The translations under genes and the position numbers were made by a program. A stretch of DNA of 64,000 nt from Amoebophrya sp. A120 (Eukaryota > Protista > Dinoflagellata): assembly GCA_905178155.1 (NCBI GenBank), contig CAJINV010000022.1, forward strand, positions 248,001 to 312,000. The letters are read 5' to 3'. The notes beneath the pieces were generated by a model. It ran no database searches, was not told where the DNA came from, and worked only from the letters and a program-made list of their open reading frames with translations. Positions within the stretch are counted from its first letter, which is position 1. Every line of letters begins with the position of its first letter. Positions 1 to 11,680 of the stretch are shown here, piece by piece.

Positions 1-135
1 GCATTGGAAAGCATGCTTAGATCCGAATTCCAGCCCATTTATGTAGTCCAGAAGATGCATGGCAAACTTCTGCACTTTTATTCCAGACCTAGACACATTT
101 GCACTTGATGCATTTCCTTCTCGCGGGAGTGTCCG

Positions 136-320
136 TATCACGAGCAAAAGTATTATCGCACTCGTGCGAATCGCAGTCGTGCATCACAGACGCAGCTTTG
201 GCTGGCTGCCTGAATCTGCCTCACAAATCCTGTCAATTTTGTTCTTGTTGTAAAAACTTTATAGATATATTTATGCAGTCGATACAACTTCGTTCTAGTG
301 CACTACTTTTGCATTGCATA
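136..320. mobile_element. Introner, family C (GCAAAAGTATCG-type TIR), diverged
   Basis: TATCACGAGCAAAAG...CTTTTGCATTGCATA, TSD GTCCG on both sides. Confidence 0.8.
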
Positions 321-399
321 GTCCGGTCTCCAGCTACAGGTCTCCACCTCGCTCTCGCCCTCGTCGCGCGCTGCAGCCGCACGTCCTTCTGCTGATGGA

Positions 400-703
400 T
401 ATCCCGTGTAAAAACGTTTCCTTCCGCCCAGAGTTGTCACGCAGATTTGCTGCTCCCACAGGAACATTTGCAATGCGCGCCCCGCCTATGTTGAGAGGCA
501 TTCTTAGTCGCGTTTTGGAATTTGTAATGCTGTATAGCAGGATCAGTTTCAGCAGATCCTGATGGCTTCGTGATGCGGCCTGCATTACACTACAGCAAGA
601 AAGGACATCTCCCAAAGTGCCGGGATGTCGATGTGTGTTGCAAAGCTAAAATTCCCATGATGATCTTGACGACTCAGCGGCGGGTACGTTTTTCCAAAGG
701 ATG
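400..703. mobile_element. Introner, family B (AAAAACGTCCCC-type TIR), decayed
   Basis: TATCCCGTGTAAAAACGT...ACGTTTTTCCAAAGGATG; interior resembles 37943-38224; TSD not clean. Confidence 0.65.
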
Positions 704-1776
704 AAGATTCAGGTCCTGCAAGGTCTCCAGAAGCAGAACCAACAACCTTCATGTGTATGCGAGCGTCAGGACCTACTAGGAAATCTAATCAGAATGGAAG
801 CGGTTTTTTGCAAGAGTTGTGTTGCGTGCTGAATGTGAAAAAATGCTACGACTTACTTCTCGCAAGTTGTAGTCATCTGTATTGGCAGAACAAGGATATG
901 CTTGCAGGTTGGGCCGCAATTGAAGCCGATGCAGCGGGGCGTGACGAGGTTCAGTTCTATCTCTATGTCCTGCCCGAGTTCTTTTCGTCACGCATATAAT
1001 TTGCATTCGCCCACCCGTCCTGCTCCCAGAACATGTCGCATGGGGGGGATAATCCTGTTGCCTCGTTCATCTGGTAGTTGTTTGACACTGGGGGCACCGG
1101 AGCATTCTGGGTTTGCGCCCAGCTTTCGTGGCCGCGCTCCGTGGCACCCACGACACGTGATTTCTTCGATGCAATATTAACGAGCGGCCCGTGTTGCAGA
1201 CTGTTTGCGCGTGTGGGGCCGGCCAGGCAGCGTGGGATGTGGTCCGGCAGTGTGTGAAACCGTTGGGCGGCCGCGCCACAGGTCGCACCTGCTATCGGCC
1301 TCCTGGCCCGATGTTGTCGGGGTCAGTGGCCTTGCGACGGAGCACGAGTTGTGGCCCCAACACTGATTGATGAGGGTGCTTGTCGATCACGCGCGCAATT
1401 ATCGCGATTGTGCCGCACCAGCTGACGAGCGCGCATCCAGACTGTGCCGCCCAACCTTTTTCATTACCACGGAGAAACTAGGACACAACCTGTCCTGGGG
1501 CTGGGCTGTGTTTACGCATTGCAAAAGAAAAAATATCCGGGTCTGGAATTAGGGTGCGCAGCTGGAAGTTGCGGGACTCCACCGAGGTCTGTATTGCATG
1601 AAGGGGATCAACATTGGCCCGCGGTTTTTTTGAAATCGTGTTGGAAGGCAGTTGTTGGTCCTCGCCATGCTCAATCGAAGACGAATGAACACGAAATAAG
1701 ACCCGAACAACTTGCGATGCGCCGTTCATGATCATGCGGTAGTACTGAGGAGTAAGTAGGTACTGAGGAGTAAGTA

Positions 1777-2843
1777 AAAGAAGCGGATGCGGACAGTAAT
1801 GCTGGGTGGCGCAGGAAAGCGCTGCATCTTCAGCATGACAGGAGGCAACTAGAAATGGGAAACAGCACGACAAATCGCCTGCAATGAAGGCCGCAGCTGC
1901 GTCTCATGGCCTTCTAGCAATACAAGGCGACTTGTGTTGTACTCAAATACAGCATCACAAATTTCCTTTTCGATATGGGGAGGCGGGGTGATTTTTCTTT
2001 GCGATAAAATCCTGATCGAGGGGCCTGGGCTGCAGCTCGAGCGGGCGGGTTATCAAATGCAAAAATGTCTGGGTCTGGAAGAATGCAACTTGTAATGCTG
2101 CGTTTTGATGTCTAAAAAATTTGTGTTGCATGAGCAGCAAAAGGATTCTAATTTTTGCTACGCGGAGAGGGCATTTGTAATGCGGAATATGCATCAAGAA
2201 TCTCTCAAAAAACCTGTGATGCTACGACATGCATCACAGACATCATGATGGCTCATGCAAACCGTGCATGACAAGGCTCAGAATCTTCCAGACCCAGATG
2301 ACACTTTTGCATTTGATACCGGTAGTAGTGCTGGCAGTGCTGGCACAACCACCTCCAACAGGACAGCAGTTGTACCCGAGTGGGCGAAGAAGAAAGGGGT
2401 ATTGCCGGGTGACGCCATCGTATGAACTGCAAAAGTATCGTACTAAGTAGTAGTAATTGCAATACAAATTAGCTCAGCTTGTTGACAAATGGGAATTTGT
2501 CATGCTGTTTTATCTTGGGATGGAGATTTGTAATGCATGATTGCGATTACTACGAGTGCGATACTTTTGCACAGGATACATCGTGGTTTGCAACGATTTC
2601 CAATGTGGCGACAGCACCAGTGGGCTGGAAAAACTACAGCAGCTGTTCAACACAACAACTTCCGACCCCACCGGCGCGTACGTGATTCTCCGACGGGAGG
2701 CCGGCTTTCCGGACGCTGTTTTGAGAACGGAAGTAAACCTGGATCGCCCCTTGCCCTATGAACTGCAAAAGTATCGTACTAGTATAAATCACATGACAAA
2801 TTTCCTCAGCATGAGAAATGAAATTTGTAATGCGGATTTAACT
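1777..2843 (+). repeat. Duplicate of 16141-17207 (three exons, two complete and two partial introners of the giant gene)
   Basis: Identical ORF translations at constant offset 14364; no difference seen by eye. Confidence 0.95.
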
Positions 2844-3294
2844 GCGGTGGCAGGATCCAGCGCCCCTAGGTCGGGGGCGCTCCTGCCTTAGCCGTATGGG
2901 ACCCCGTGGGCAGAAGTATCCACTCGCGCGCCGCGCCCGTTCTAGTTAGGGTCCATCTTCGCTTTTTCTTCTCTTCACCAATTCGACAGGTCAAGCAAAT
3001 CATTTCACGCAGTTCGCTCCGGCTACAGTGATCTACCTAAACTTCTATTTTGATTTTACATTGCAAGGTGGTGATAAGTTGAGACACTATTCACCAGCTA
3101 TTTACAAGCAGGAACATAGATAGTACGTTTAAACTACAGTTACTCGCTCGCCTAAAGTAGAAGCGAGCACCCGATTGATTTTACATTGCAACGTATAAAT
3201 GCATTACAAATTTCGATTTCCTCAGCATGAGAAATAGAATTTGTAATGCGGATTGTGGTTAAGAAGGAGATTTGTAATGCATGACTGGGATTGC
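2843..3294 (+). repeat. Near-identical duplicate of 21637-22079
   Basis: Colinear from TGCGGTGGCAGGATCC to GACTGGGATTGC with a few substitutions and small indels. Confidence 0.9.
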
Positions 3295-3330
3295 CGTTCA
3301 TGATCATGCGGTAGTACTGAGGAGTAAGTA

Positions 3331-4485
3331 TCTAGAACGGGCGTGCGCTCCGCGCCCGCCGGCCCGGCGACGAGGGGGTGCAAGGGGGAGCGAGGGAGAA
3401 AGAACCCCTAGGGGAAAGCCCACGGCCCAAATCCCACGGGGCATGCCCAAACTTTGCTAACACCACAGGCGGAAAGCAATGCCCACACACACACAGACAT
3501 CAAGGCCGCAGGGCGCGGAGGGTGGCAGGGGCATAAAACGCAGCCACCTCCCAGGCCTCCACAAACAGGGCGGCCGGAAGGCGTTCGCAGAACCTTTGCG
3601 AAGGCCCGGAAGGCTAACCACAGGAAACAGAGGCGGGCCACAGGAAACAGGGCGAAAAGGGGGCACGAACGGCCAAAAGACCAGATGAAACGGGGCTGGC
3701 GCAAGGCAAGACAAAGAGCACAGACAGGAGGGGCACTGCTGGCGATATGCTTGCTCTAAAAGCCAGAAAGCCGACAACAAGAGCAAGTGGGCCAAGACTT
3801 GCTTCGACCAAACGAAAGCCCTGAAAACGAAACTAATGCGCCGAAGCAGGGCACGGAGGCGAGGCGCAAACCAAAAAGCCCGGCAACCCAAAGGAAACGG
3901 GGCAAAAGTATGCAACGCCGTTGGGGCCGAAGAGGCCCCGCGGCGGCGAGCACGCGGGAGACGCAAGTCTGCAGAGTCACACGCGGAAGGGAAAGGCGAA
4001 AATTGGCGCCAAACCCCTCGCAACAGGGGGTGAATGACAAGGGGCGCCAAAATGCAGCACGACTTCGGCCCGGGGCAGCCAATCGGCAGCCGCCAGCCAG
4101 GCAACTAAGAGGGCTCGGCAAAGGAAGGCCGCAGCCCCAAGGCCCCTGACCGAGGCCCCTTGACAGGCGGCCCAGGCGAGCTTTTGCTGGTCTATTCCCT
4201 TCGGGGTTTCTCGCTCCGGCTGCGTTGGCGGGTTTTCTCACTAGTGTTTCCGCTTTCCCCAAAATCGGGTTTTTTGTCACTAGTGTCTCCACTAGTGGGC
4301 GCCTTCACTAGTGGCGCCTGTCACTAGTACCGGTCGCGGCTTTTTGTGACGCTAAAAACACTAGCAGGATTTCTACTAGTAGCCGTTTTTCTACTAGCAC
4401 AATTCTACTAGCAGCATTTCCACTAGCACCTCGCACCCCCGCGTCCGCCAAAATTTTTTGAATAGTATTATAGATAATTGTTGCT
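3331..4485. mobile_element. Unclassified GC-rich insert with possible Helitron-like end and ACTAG cluster
   Basis: Minus strand ends GGGCGCGGAGCGCACGCCCGTTCTAG (hairpin + CTAG); about 10 ACTAG motifs at 4240-4427. Confidence 0.35.
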
Positions 4486-4549
4486 ATCATGCGGTAGTAC
4501 TGAGGAGTAAGTAGTTGCTGGCTTTGTATGCGTGTCCGTGTCTGCCGCA

Positions 4550-5479
4550 TGTTGCAACTGCGGCAAGCTAGCTACTGCGTTTCAAGCGCGCTGACCTAGC
4601 TCGCTGAAGGTAGTCCCGAAATATCCCAGAACGGCGCTGCCGTTATACAGGCCAAAGCCGCGGCTCCAGAAGGTCCTTGGCTGGGAGGCTGTCTACTGAC
4701 ACTAGAGCAACCAGATTTCCGTCCGCGGAGGATCGGAATACTGCGGCTGGTCTTGCTGGGTTGCCCCTCAGCATCTCGGGCACATCTTACTCCTTGACGA
4801 AAGACCTTCAGCAAAGGACCTCCACAACCCGTGAAAAAAAGGCAAATTTTTGAGCAAATTAACCGACGACCTGGTGACAAATCTCGAAAATCGTGCATTT
4901 TGCACGGTATGGTGGACTCTGGGAGCCCAAAATCGGAACTGGTGACAAATGCCAGAAATTTTGCATTTTGCGCGGTATGGTGGACGATTGCGCACTGATC
5001 AAAAATTCTTGCAGCTGCAAGAATTTTTGGTCCGTGCGCAATCGTCCACCATACCTTGCAAAATGCAAGAATTTGCTGATTTGTCACCAGTAACAAATCT
5101 GGCTCGGAAACGTCCACCATACCGTGCAAAATGTAAAATTTCTGGGATTTGTCACCAGGTGGTCGTTAAATTTGCTTAAAATTTTGCTGTTTTTTTCTGG
5201 GTTCTGGAGGTCCTTTGCCGGAGGCCTTTAGTCAAGGAGTGCCAAGGGCCCGACATTCCCAGGAGCAACCCAACATCGCAAGCCGCACCATGCAGAGAGC
5301 CCCCCCAGCAAGGATCGAGCCCCTATGCGCCAGCAGCCAGCCTCCTCGCAACGGACCTTCTGGAGCCGCGTCTTCGGTCTGTACGACGGCAAAGCCATTC
5401 CGGGGCGCTTCTGGATTGCGTTCAACTACACGGGCCACCATGCTCGAAGTGTAATGCCTCGCGGGCCACATTTGCAACA
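4550..5479. repeat. 930-bp imperfect palindrome (foldback element)
   Basis: Perfect 30-bp centre CAAAAATTCTTGCAGCTGCAAGAATTTTTG (5000-5029); arms pair out to TGTTGCAA/TTGCAACA; each arm has two CTGGTGACAAAT...GGTATGGTGGAC subrepeats. Confidence 0.9.
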
Positions 5480-5755
5480 ACTGATCAATATGGGCATGTG
5501 TGGGATATCAGGAAAAAATCAAATTTTTTGGGTCGGAAAATGAATATGCCAAAACGGTGACGGTGACAAATTTTCCCTGAATACTTGCGATGCGCCGTTC
5601 ATGATCATGCGGTAGTACTGAAGAGTAAGTAGTTGCTTTGTTATGCAAGGCTCAGTGTGACATTGACTTTTTTCAGACCCGGACGACTTTGCAATGCATA
5701 GCGTTATTTATTCTGTGGCACTTATTTCGCGAACCAAACTGCTTCCTTTCGGTCG

Positions 5756-8339
5756 ATGGAAGATTTTCACCCACCTGACGCAGCCATACAGTGCTGCATT
5801 TGTCACGGAGATTTTCCGATTACTGAAGATGGACATCCATTGTGTGTAGGTGGAGACCACAGGGTGAATAAGGAGATCTGCAAGCACTGCTACGACACCT
5901 TCCTCGCGAGGAGCAGCTCCGGCCCACCTCCGTGTCCTCTATGCCGTCATATGACTTCGTGTGTTGCGCGGGTCTGGTTCTGCTGGAAAAGGGCAAAGTA
6001 TATTACGTAAGTACTATTCTACACGGCTTCTTGTTCATGTTGCTCGTCTTGGTGTTCTTGTCATGCTCTAGTACTAGCACGACGCCGACGTCGCCCACGC
6101 GGCCAGAGACTTCTACTGTGGAGGAGCGCCACAGCGCGACGCCCACGACCATTCTTTATTGCATGATAGTTGTCGTGCAGCCGAAAAGTAGAGTCATGAT
6201 GTACAAATTATTGTATGGTCGTATGAATATTATAAAAGCCAGCTTTATTTTTGATATGAGTCTCATGCGACCACGACACGGCGCTTGTACAAACACTGCT
6301 CAGCTACAGCTAGGAGCTGTGCATCGATTAACATCCTGTGGCGTCTTTTGCCGTGCGGAAAAAACTTACGGTGCTCGGCTGCACATCGAAGTGAAAGCGT
6401 CGTGATTTATTGCTAGGACACAGCTTGTTCCTTCCAGTGGAAAACCCACGTGAGTGCTTGCGCTCGATATTCCGGACTGACAGACCGGTCGTTAGCCCCG
6501 TTTACTACAACCGCGCGATAGAAATTGCGGGGGTGCGAGTCCTATCAAATGCAAATATGTTGTCTCTGCAGGTCGGGAGGACGAAGATTAATGCAGTGAT
6601 TCTTGTAGTTTTTCGCAGACTTTAGATTATTTGGAGGAAGGTATGGAATTTTTATGCATATCTCAGATCATGTTCACGAGCACTACATGAACATGATCAT
6701 GAGTACGCAATAAAGCTTTACCTGCTCATCCTCATGACGAGCCCGCTCCCGCATAATGCGAAGTGGTTTCTTGTATATTTTTCGGGAAACAAAGAGCGAG
6801 CATCTTTTGCTGACTAAGCAAGTACTACACAGCAGATTATTTATCTTGCCTCTTATTCCAGAGTGAAAACACGACCAGCAACACAAGTTGTTTGCGTCCT
6901 TGTCCTCGGCCCGCTGGACATAATATTTGCAATGCAAGCGTCCTCTTCAAGATGCGCTACGCGGCGCACAAAGCATGGCTAGCTCTACTAGATCCTGCTG
7001 GCCCAGATGGTGGAGGTGATGTGCCTGTTTTATCAGGCGCGATCCGTGGGTATGCAAACAAGTACGGTACGAATTACAAAACGATATGGAATCGCATCAG
7101 ACCCCAAGAACGCGGAACAGAAGAATCTATTGGCGCATACGAAAAACGTGTTTTTACATACGAAAAGCGTGTTTTTACACCAAAGCCGACGCGTGTGGAG
7201 GACCGCGGTCAGCAACTACACGCCTACGAGCGTGCTCTTGACGTTTTGGCCTTACTCTTTGGACCGGAAACGTCGGACCACCATCGCTTTTCGTTGAGCT
7301 CAATTACTAAGCCTAACGGTGCCTTCGCGTCTCATCACCCGTACACAGAAGAAGGTATTGAGAGTGCCGTGCAAAGCTACTATTGTAATAAGGGAAATCG
7401 TGACGAAGACGACGATCTCGAGCAAGCGGAAGAAGCGTTAAAATATTTTTATGAGGTAAAGAAGCTGGCGGAAAAGGAGCTCGAGCAAAACCATGCTGAG
7501 TTGAGGGACAAAATCCTGGATGCTATTGTTGAATGGCAGTGGGTATGGATTTCAAATATCGATCTGGGTCTGAGAGACGGATGCAATTTGTGATCATGGT
7601 CCTGCGACATCTCTGTATAAATCTGTTTCTGGAATCTGGTTCATTTGCATCCGTGCTAATATAAATAAAGAAACGCTGCCCACTTGATTTTTCTACGTAG
7701 CAGATAGCGAGTCTATCGATCTTCATCATGCGGGGTGGGAGAGGACATAATAATTGGGAAACCTTTCCAACACTTCCCTGTGAAGCTTCCCGTGCATTGA
7801 TTCATCTAAGCCACCAATCGCCATATCCCGCTCCAGAAGATGCATGGCAAACTCATCCAGCCCCCATCCGGGAGACCCAGAACGCATATTTGCAATCCAT
7901 AGTGGGCGACCCACACAAAGTTTTGCCGAACCGATGCACGAGTGCAAGGGTATCATGAGGAAAAGCCTCTCTCTATCGCAGGTAAAAGCGCTAACGTCAA
8001 CGGAATTTGTGACGCGGTAATGCATCAGAAATCAAGCCACTCGCCAAAATAAGTATTTGCATTGCGTCGCATGCACCACGGAGCGAGGTAATTGTAATGT
8101 ACCACTGCAATCTGTGAAAGGCGTTGACGTTACCGCTTTTTTGCTTGATCCACCCCTCCATCCTAAATTTAATGTGTTTATTACGCACGAAAAGGGCAGT
8201 AGTTTTGTCATCAGTCTCTGTAGATACAATTCGGGTTCTTGGTGGGCGGCGCGACAGAAAAAGCCTTGAAAGCAACTTGGTAAGCGAGGCCAACAAGAGC
8301 GCGCTTTATAATTGGACAGGGTATCATGATCAGGTGTAA
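5756..8339 (+). CDS. Multi-exon RING-finger-like protein; exon structure between 6007 and about 6415 uncertain
   Basis: Exon 1 CxxC..CxxxxH..CxxC..CPLCR; GTAAGT donor at 6007; ORFs 6410, 6892 and 8124 join in frame after removing introners at 6543, 7544 and 7974. Confidence 0.6.
6543..6938. mobile_element. Decayed family A introner
   Basis: TATCAAATGCAAATATG...ATATTTGCAATGCAAG; TSD AGTCC/CGTCC; removal gives GVRVLFKMRY. Confidence 0.65.
7544..7901. mobile_element. Decayed family A introner
   Basis: TATGGATTTCAAATAT..TCTGGGTCT...AGACCCAGA..ATATTTGCAATCCATA; TSD GTGGG. Confidence 0.8.
7974..8150. mobile_element. Decayed family O introner
   Basis: AAAAGCGCTAACGTCAACG / CGTTGACGTTACCGCTTTT inverted repeat; resembles 41887-42047; TSD degenerate. 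Confidence 0.6.
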
Positions 8340-8951
8340 TGCTGCATCTTTATTCATCTTCTAGCCTAGTAATATAGTAAAAGGTCTACGACGACCTATC
8401 ATAGTGAACGCCCGGAAGTGCTAGGCTTCCGGAATAGGCGAAACAAGTCAAGAAAGACGCGCTTTCGGTCTTTTCTTTCAAGGCAAGGGCAGCTGTTTGC
8501 GTAGAGTACAGTGTAGATCGAGAATCTTCACATCCCCTTTTGGGTACGGAGAGGGACGCCTTTCCACCCCCCAAATATGAGATCCTCCGATGTGAAATTT
8601 CAAAAAAAAACAGAAAAAAGGCTAGGGGCTTCATCTCGTAACTTATATATTTATTTCAACATACCGTCTCCTCGATTTAGATTTACATTTAATTATTTAT
8701 GCATCGAAACTAGGTAATTTTTTTTTGATTTGCTTGGAATTTCATCATATCTGAGGACGTCATAGCGATAGCGGCTTCACGCCCTCCCAGTGCCTGCGGG
8801 AGACGCGCGTGTCTGCGCCTCCTTACCGACGTCTCCCCGAAAAAGGGGCACTTCCCCCCGCCAGTGTGCCAGATGGTGCGACCTTGTCCGGCGAGGAGTG
8901 GAAGAAGTGGCAAAAAGAAGCGCGGGAGGCGTTCAGCTCCAAGCCCCTTCC

Positions 8952-9220
8952 TATGAAAGGGCACAGCTCGTGGCCCTCCTCGCTCTCATCTGTAGTACGG
9001 CATGACCATGAGCCCCAAGAACTACACATGCAACCATGATCCAACGGCAGATACTAATGTGGCTTCCGCTTGACAAAACTGCGCGCGGATTGTATGTAGT
9101 ACTTTCTGAAATTCCAATATTTGGCACGCAGACAGTGCCCTGCCTCAAGGTAGGATGTGGATTTGGTATTTTGCATATACAAATGAGAAGGATGGGGAGC
9201 TGTAGTTGTGCACTTTCATA
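8952..9220. mobile_element. Family G introner within a poorly defined gene or pseudogene (about 8809-9290)
   Basis: TATGAAAGGGCACAGCT...AGTTGTGCACTTTCATA; TSD CTTCC/CCTCC; joins ORFs 8809 and 9206 in frame. Confidence 0.75.
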
Positions 9221-9287
9221 CCTCCTTGCCCGTTCGAGGAGAAAACGGATGCGTTGGGCTCGTGGATGGAGATTTTAGGTGTCCCAA

Positions 9288-9609
9288 TATCAATTGCAAG
9301 CGTGTCCGGGAGATCTGAAAATGAACAAAGAGCGTACGCTCATTTGATGACATTGTCACGCTTGCGTGACGCTGACAGGATAAATGGGAATAAAAGTTGT
9401 AAAATCCATAAGTCTTTGGCTCCGACGTCTGGATGCGATAGCGATACAGAAACAGCCCCTCTCTCGCTAGAGCAACTTCTCACGCGGGTCAAGATGGGCT
9501 TAGCAGCTCAACAACTTGCACGCGTGGTGTCATGGAGGGAGCTGCTTACCATCCACACATGAGCATCAGCAAACATTTTTTTTAAGACCAGTCACGCTTC
9601 CACTTGATA
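9288..9609. mobile_element. Highly decayed family A introner
   Basis: TATCAATTGCAAGCGTGTCCGGG...AGACCAGTCACGCTTCCACTTGATA; TSD unclear. Confidence 0.45.
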
Positions 9610-10473
9610 CAAGAACAATCCTGCGGTGGTGGAAGCCTACATGGAGATGGGAAAGCGTTACACGAAAGCAATTGCGTATCGCGAGAAAAAGCTGTCTCGT
9701 CAGTCTCGTCAATTTATAATGCTGTCACCCCTTGCAGCACTTTTTTGTCATGCCCCAGGTGATGAACGAAAGGCGTCTTTCGTATGGGTTTTGTCTATCT
9801 AATGGTCTGTCGCGTCACAGATTTTGCGTGTCGTTCTGACCAAATTTGCAGGCGTGGAAGTAAGTGAAAAATCTGTGTGTCATACTGACCGAGCTGAGGA
9901 CTCCATGTCGGCGGATAGTAGGAGTTGTCAGGCCCGACGGACCCACTGTCGTGCACGATGTCCCTGGTGGCTTCGTGTCCTGCGGCTGGGCGTCGGGTCC
10001 TCCGGACGCTGAAATCTTCAACACGCAGCCTGTATAGAAGATGCAGCTGACCAAAATAAAATCACCTTTTTTTTATATGTTGAGTCTGCAAATAAAATGG
10101 TTCGGGAAGATTGTTGAGACAGTTGCTTTTTCTCACCACATCGCGAGGGATTTTCTTTTGGGCGAAGTCCGGCTGGTTCTTGAGGGAGTGAGAATGCCGC
10201 CCCCACATCGCCCTGGGAAGGCGCGGGATTGGCACGGTCAGATCTTGCCTGACCCAACGAATTGGAGCCGGCGGTAGTTCCGGAGGATGAATTCGAATGG
10301 GGTTCTTTGTGCATAGAAGTTGTAGAGCTCTCTTTCCTATTGTTGTCCTGCTTCTATTTCAATTTCAACACGGGATTATAGCTGAGTCATATAGTTCCTC
10401 CTCCTCCTCATATATACTAAGTAAGGCTCAGAGCCTTCCATGATCGCGAAGTTGGTACGAAGTAAGTATTGCC

Positions 10474-10750
10474 GATCCACTGCGAACATGTCTTAGTCTC
10501 GAAGAGTGTTGACACAGACTACATCTGCCAGGCATATTTTGCGTGACCACCTCTGGTGTCAGCGGTTTTTTGAGGGCGGGCGCGCAGTTGTAATGCCTGT
10601 GCCGCACCACGAAAAACAGAAACAAGTGCCCTCTTCTCCGTGTCAACAATTAAACCCCTCTTGCAGCTGGTCACGCAGTGCAAAAATTTTGTAGAATCCG
10701 ATGGCAGCGTCACGAGCTGTACTCTTCCAGACCCAAACATTTTTATGTTG
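10474..10750. mobile_element. Family A introner remnant
   Basis: ACATGTCTTAGTCTCGAAGAG...CTCTTCCAGACCCAAACAT; ends decayed. Confidence 0.55.
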
Positions 10751-11334
10751 CTTCCAGACAAAACGCCAGACGTTTCTAATCTATGTTGCGCAATATTAGC
10801 ATGATATCGTATTCTAGTGGACGCAATAGCAAGTGCTTAAGTTCTCTCTCTACTTCATTCCTATACGTAGTTCTCATTTTTTACCTTTGAAATTTGAAGT
10901 CGTTCTCTTCCCTGTGTTGTGTCACGGTCTTGTTTCCAGACAAAACGCCGGACATATTTGCAGGGCATATAAGGTTTTGCCGCCTGCTCATGAGTTTCTT
11001 ACTTTTGTTCAGATCGATCAATAGTATTTTTGTGGAACTGGAAGCAGAGCACTTTTACAATCATGGTAGACGCATTTTATAAAGTAATTATGATTATATA
11101 AGCAAGGGGGGTGGTTGGATCAGAAGGTGCTTAAGGGGGTCGGCGGATAAAACGCTTTGCAAAGGCCGTCCCTTGTTACAAAAGAAATTGTCGCAGCTGT
11201 GGCCGCGCATGTAATTGCCGCGCCCCCTTTGTGGCCCCACCTATCGGACCACTCTACAACATCGTGGCCGACGGCGCTCGCGGCCCGAAGCAAGCCGCCG
11301 CGAGTTCCGACACGACAGGCCGTGCGAAATTTGT

Positions 11335-11680
11335 CTTCTTCTTTATTTCGGCCCGAGCTTCGCCGGGGGCGTGGGTATTAAAGAGGGCCAGCCCCCCGAC
11401 GCGTGTAACCCTTGGGCCGTGACACTCCGGCGGCAGGAGAATCCCGGAAGAAAAAAAAAAACGCGGCGCCGCCGTTGTAGTAGCTTGCTAGCCCAGTAGG
11501 CAGGCGGAGGCGTTGCGAAAGACATAGCCGCCGCAGCCCCCCCCAATGCCTGCCATCAGTGCTTGCGGGCGAAAGTGAAAAACTTACCTTCTTCTTTATT
11601 TCGACCGGCCTGAGCTGCGCCGGGGGCCTGGGTATTGAAAAGGGCCAGCCCCCCTACGTGCGTAAGTCTTCGGCCATGAC
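11335..11680 (+). repeat. Two diverged direct repeats of about 90 bp
   Basis: CTTCTTTATTTCG...CGCCGGGGGC.TGGGTATT...AGGGCCAGCCCCC near 11338-11423 and 11591-11680. Confidence 0.7.

Larger units (their letters stand above)
1710..5637 (+). repeat. Five full or partial copies of a 49-bp site separating cargo modules
   Basis: ACTTGCGATGCGCCGTTCATGATCATGCGGTAGTACTGA(G/A)GAGTAAGTA at 1710-1758, 1760-1776, 3293-3330, 4486-4519, 5583-5637. Confidence 0.9.
1513..5700. mobile_element. Family A introner expanded by about 3.9 kb of nested cargo
   Basis: Left end TACGCATTGCAAAAG..CCGGGTCTGGAA, right end TTCAGACCCGGAC..TTTGCAATGCATA, TSD GTGTT/GCGTT; about 315 bp remain without cargo. Confidence 0.7.

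Noticed and set aside
1710-5637. CRISPR array or hammerhead ribozyme in the repeated 49-mer (CTGA(G/A)GA matches CUGANGA)
   Set aside because: Spacers exceed 1 kb, repeats vary in length, there are no cas genes and the context is eukaryotic. The hammerhead GAAA box is missing at the required position (GATG instead).
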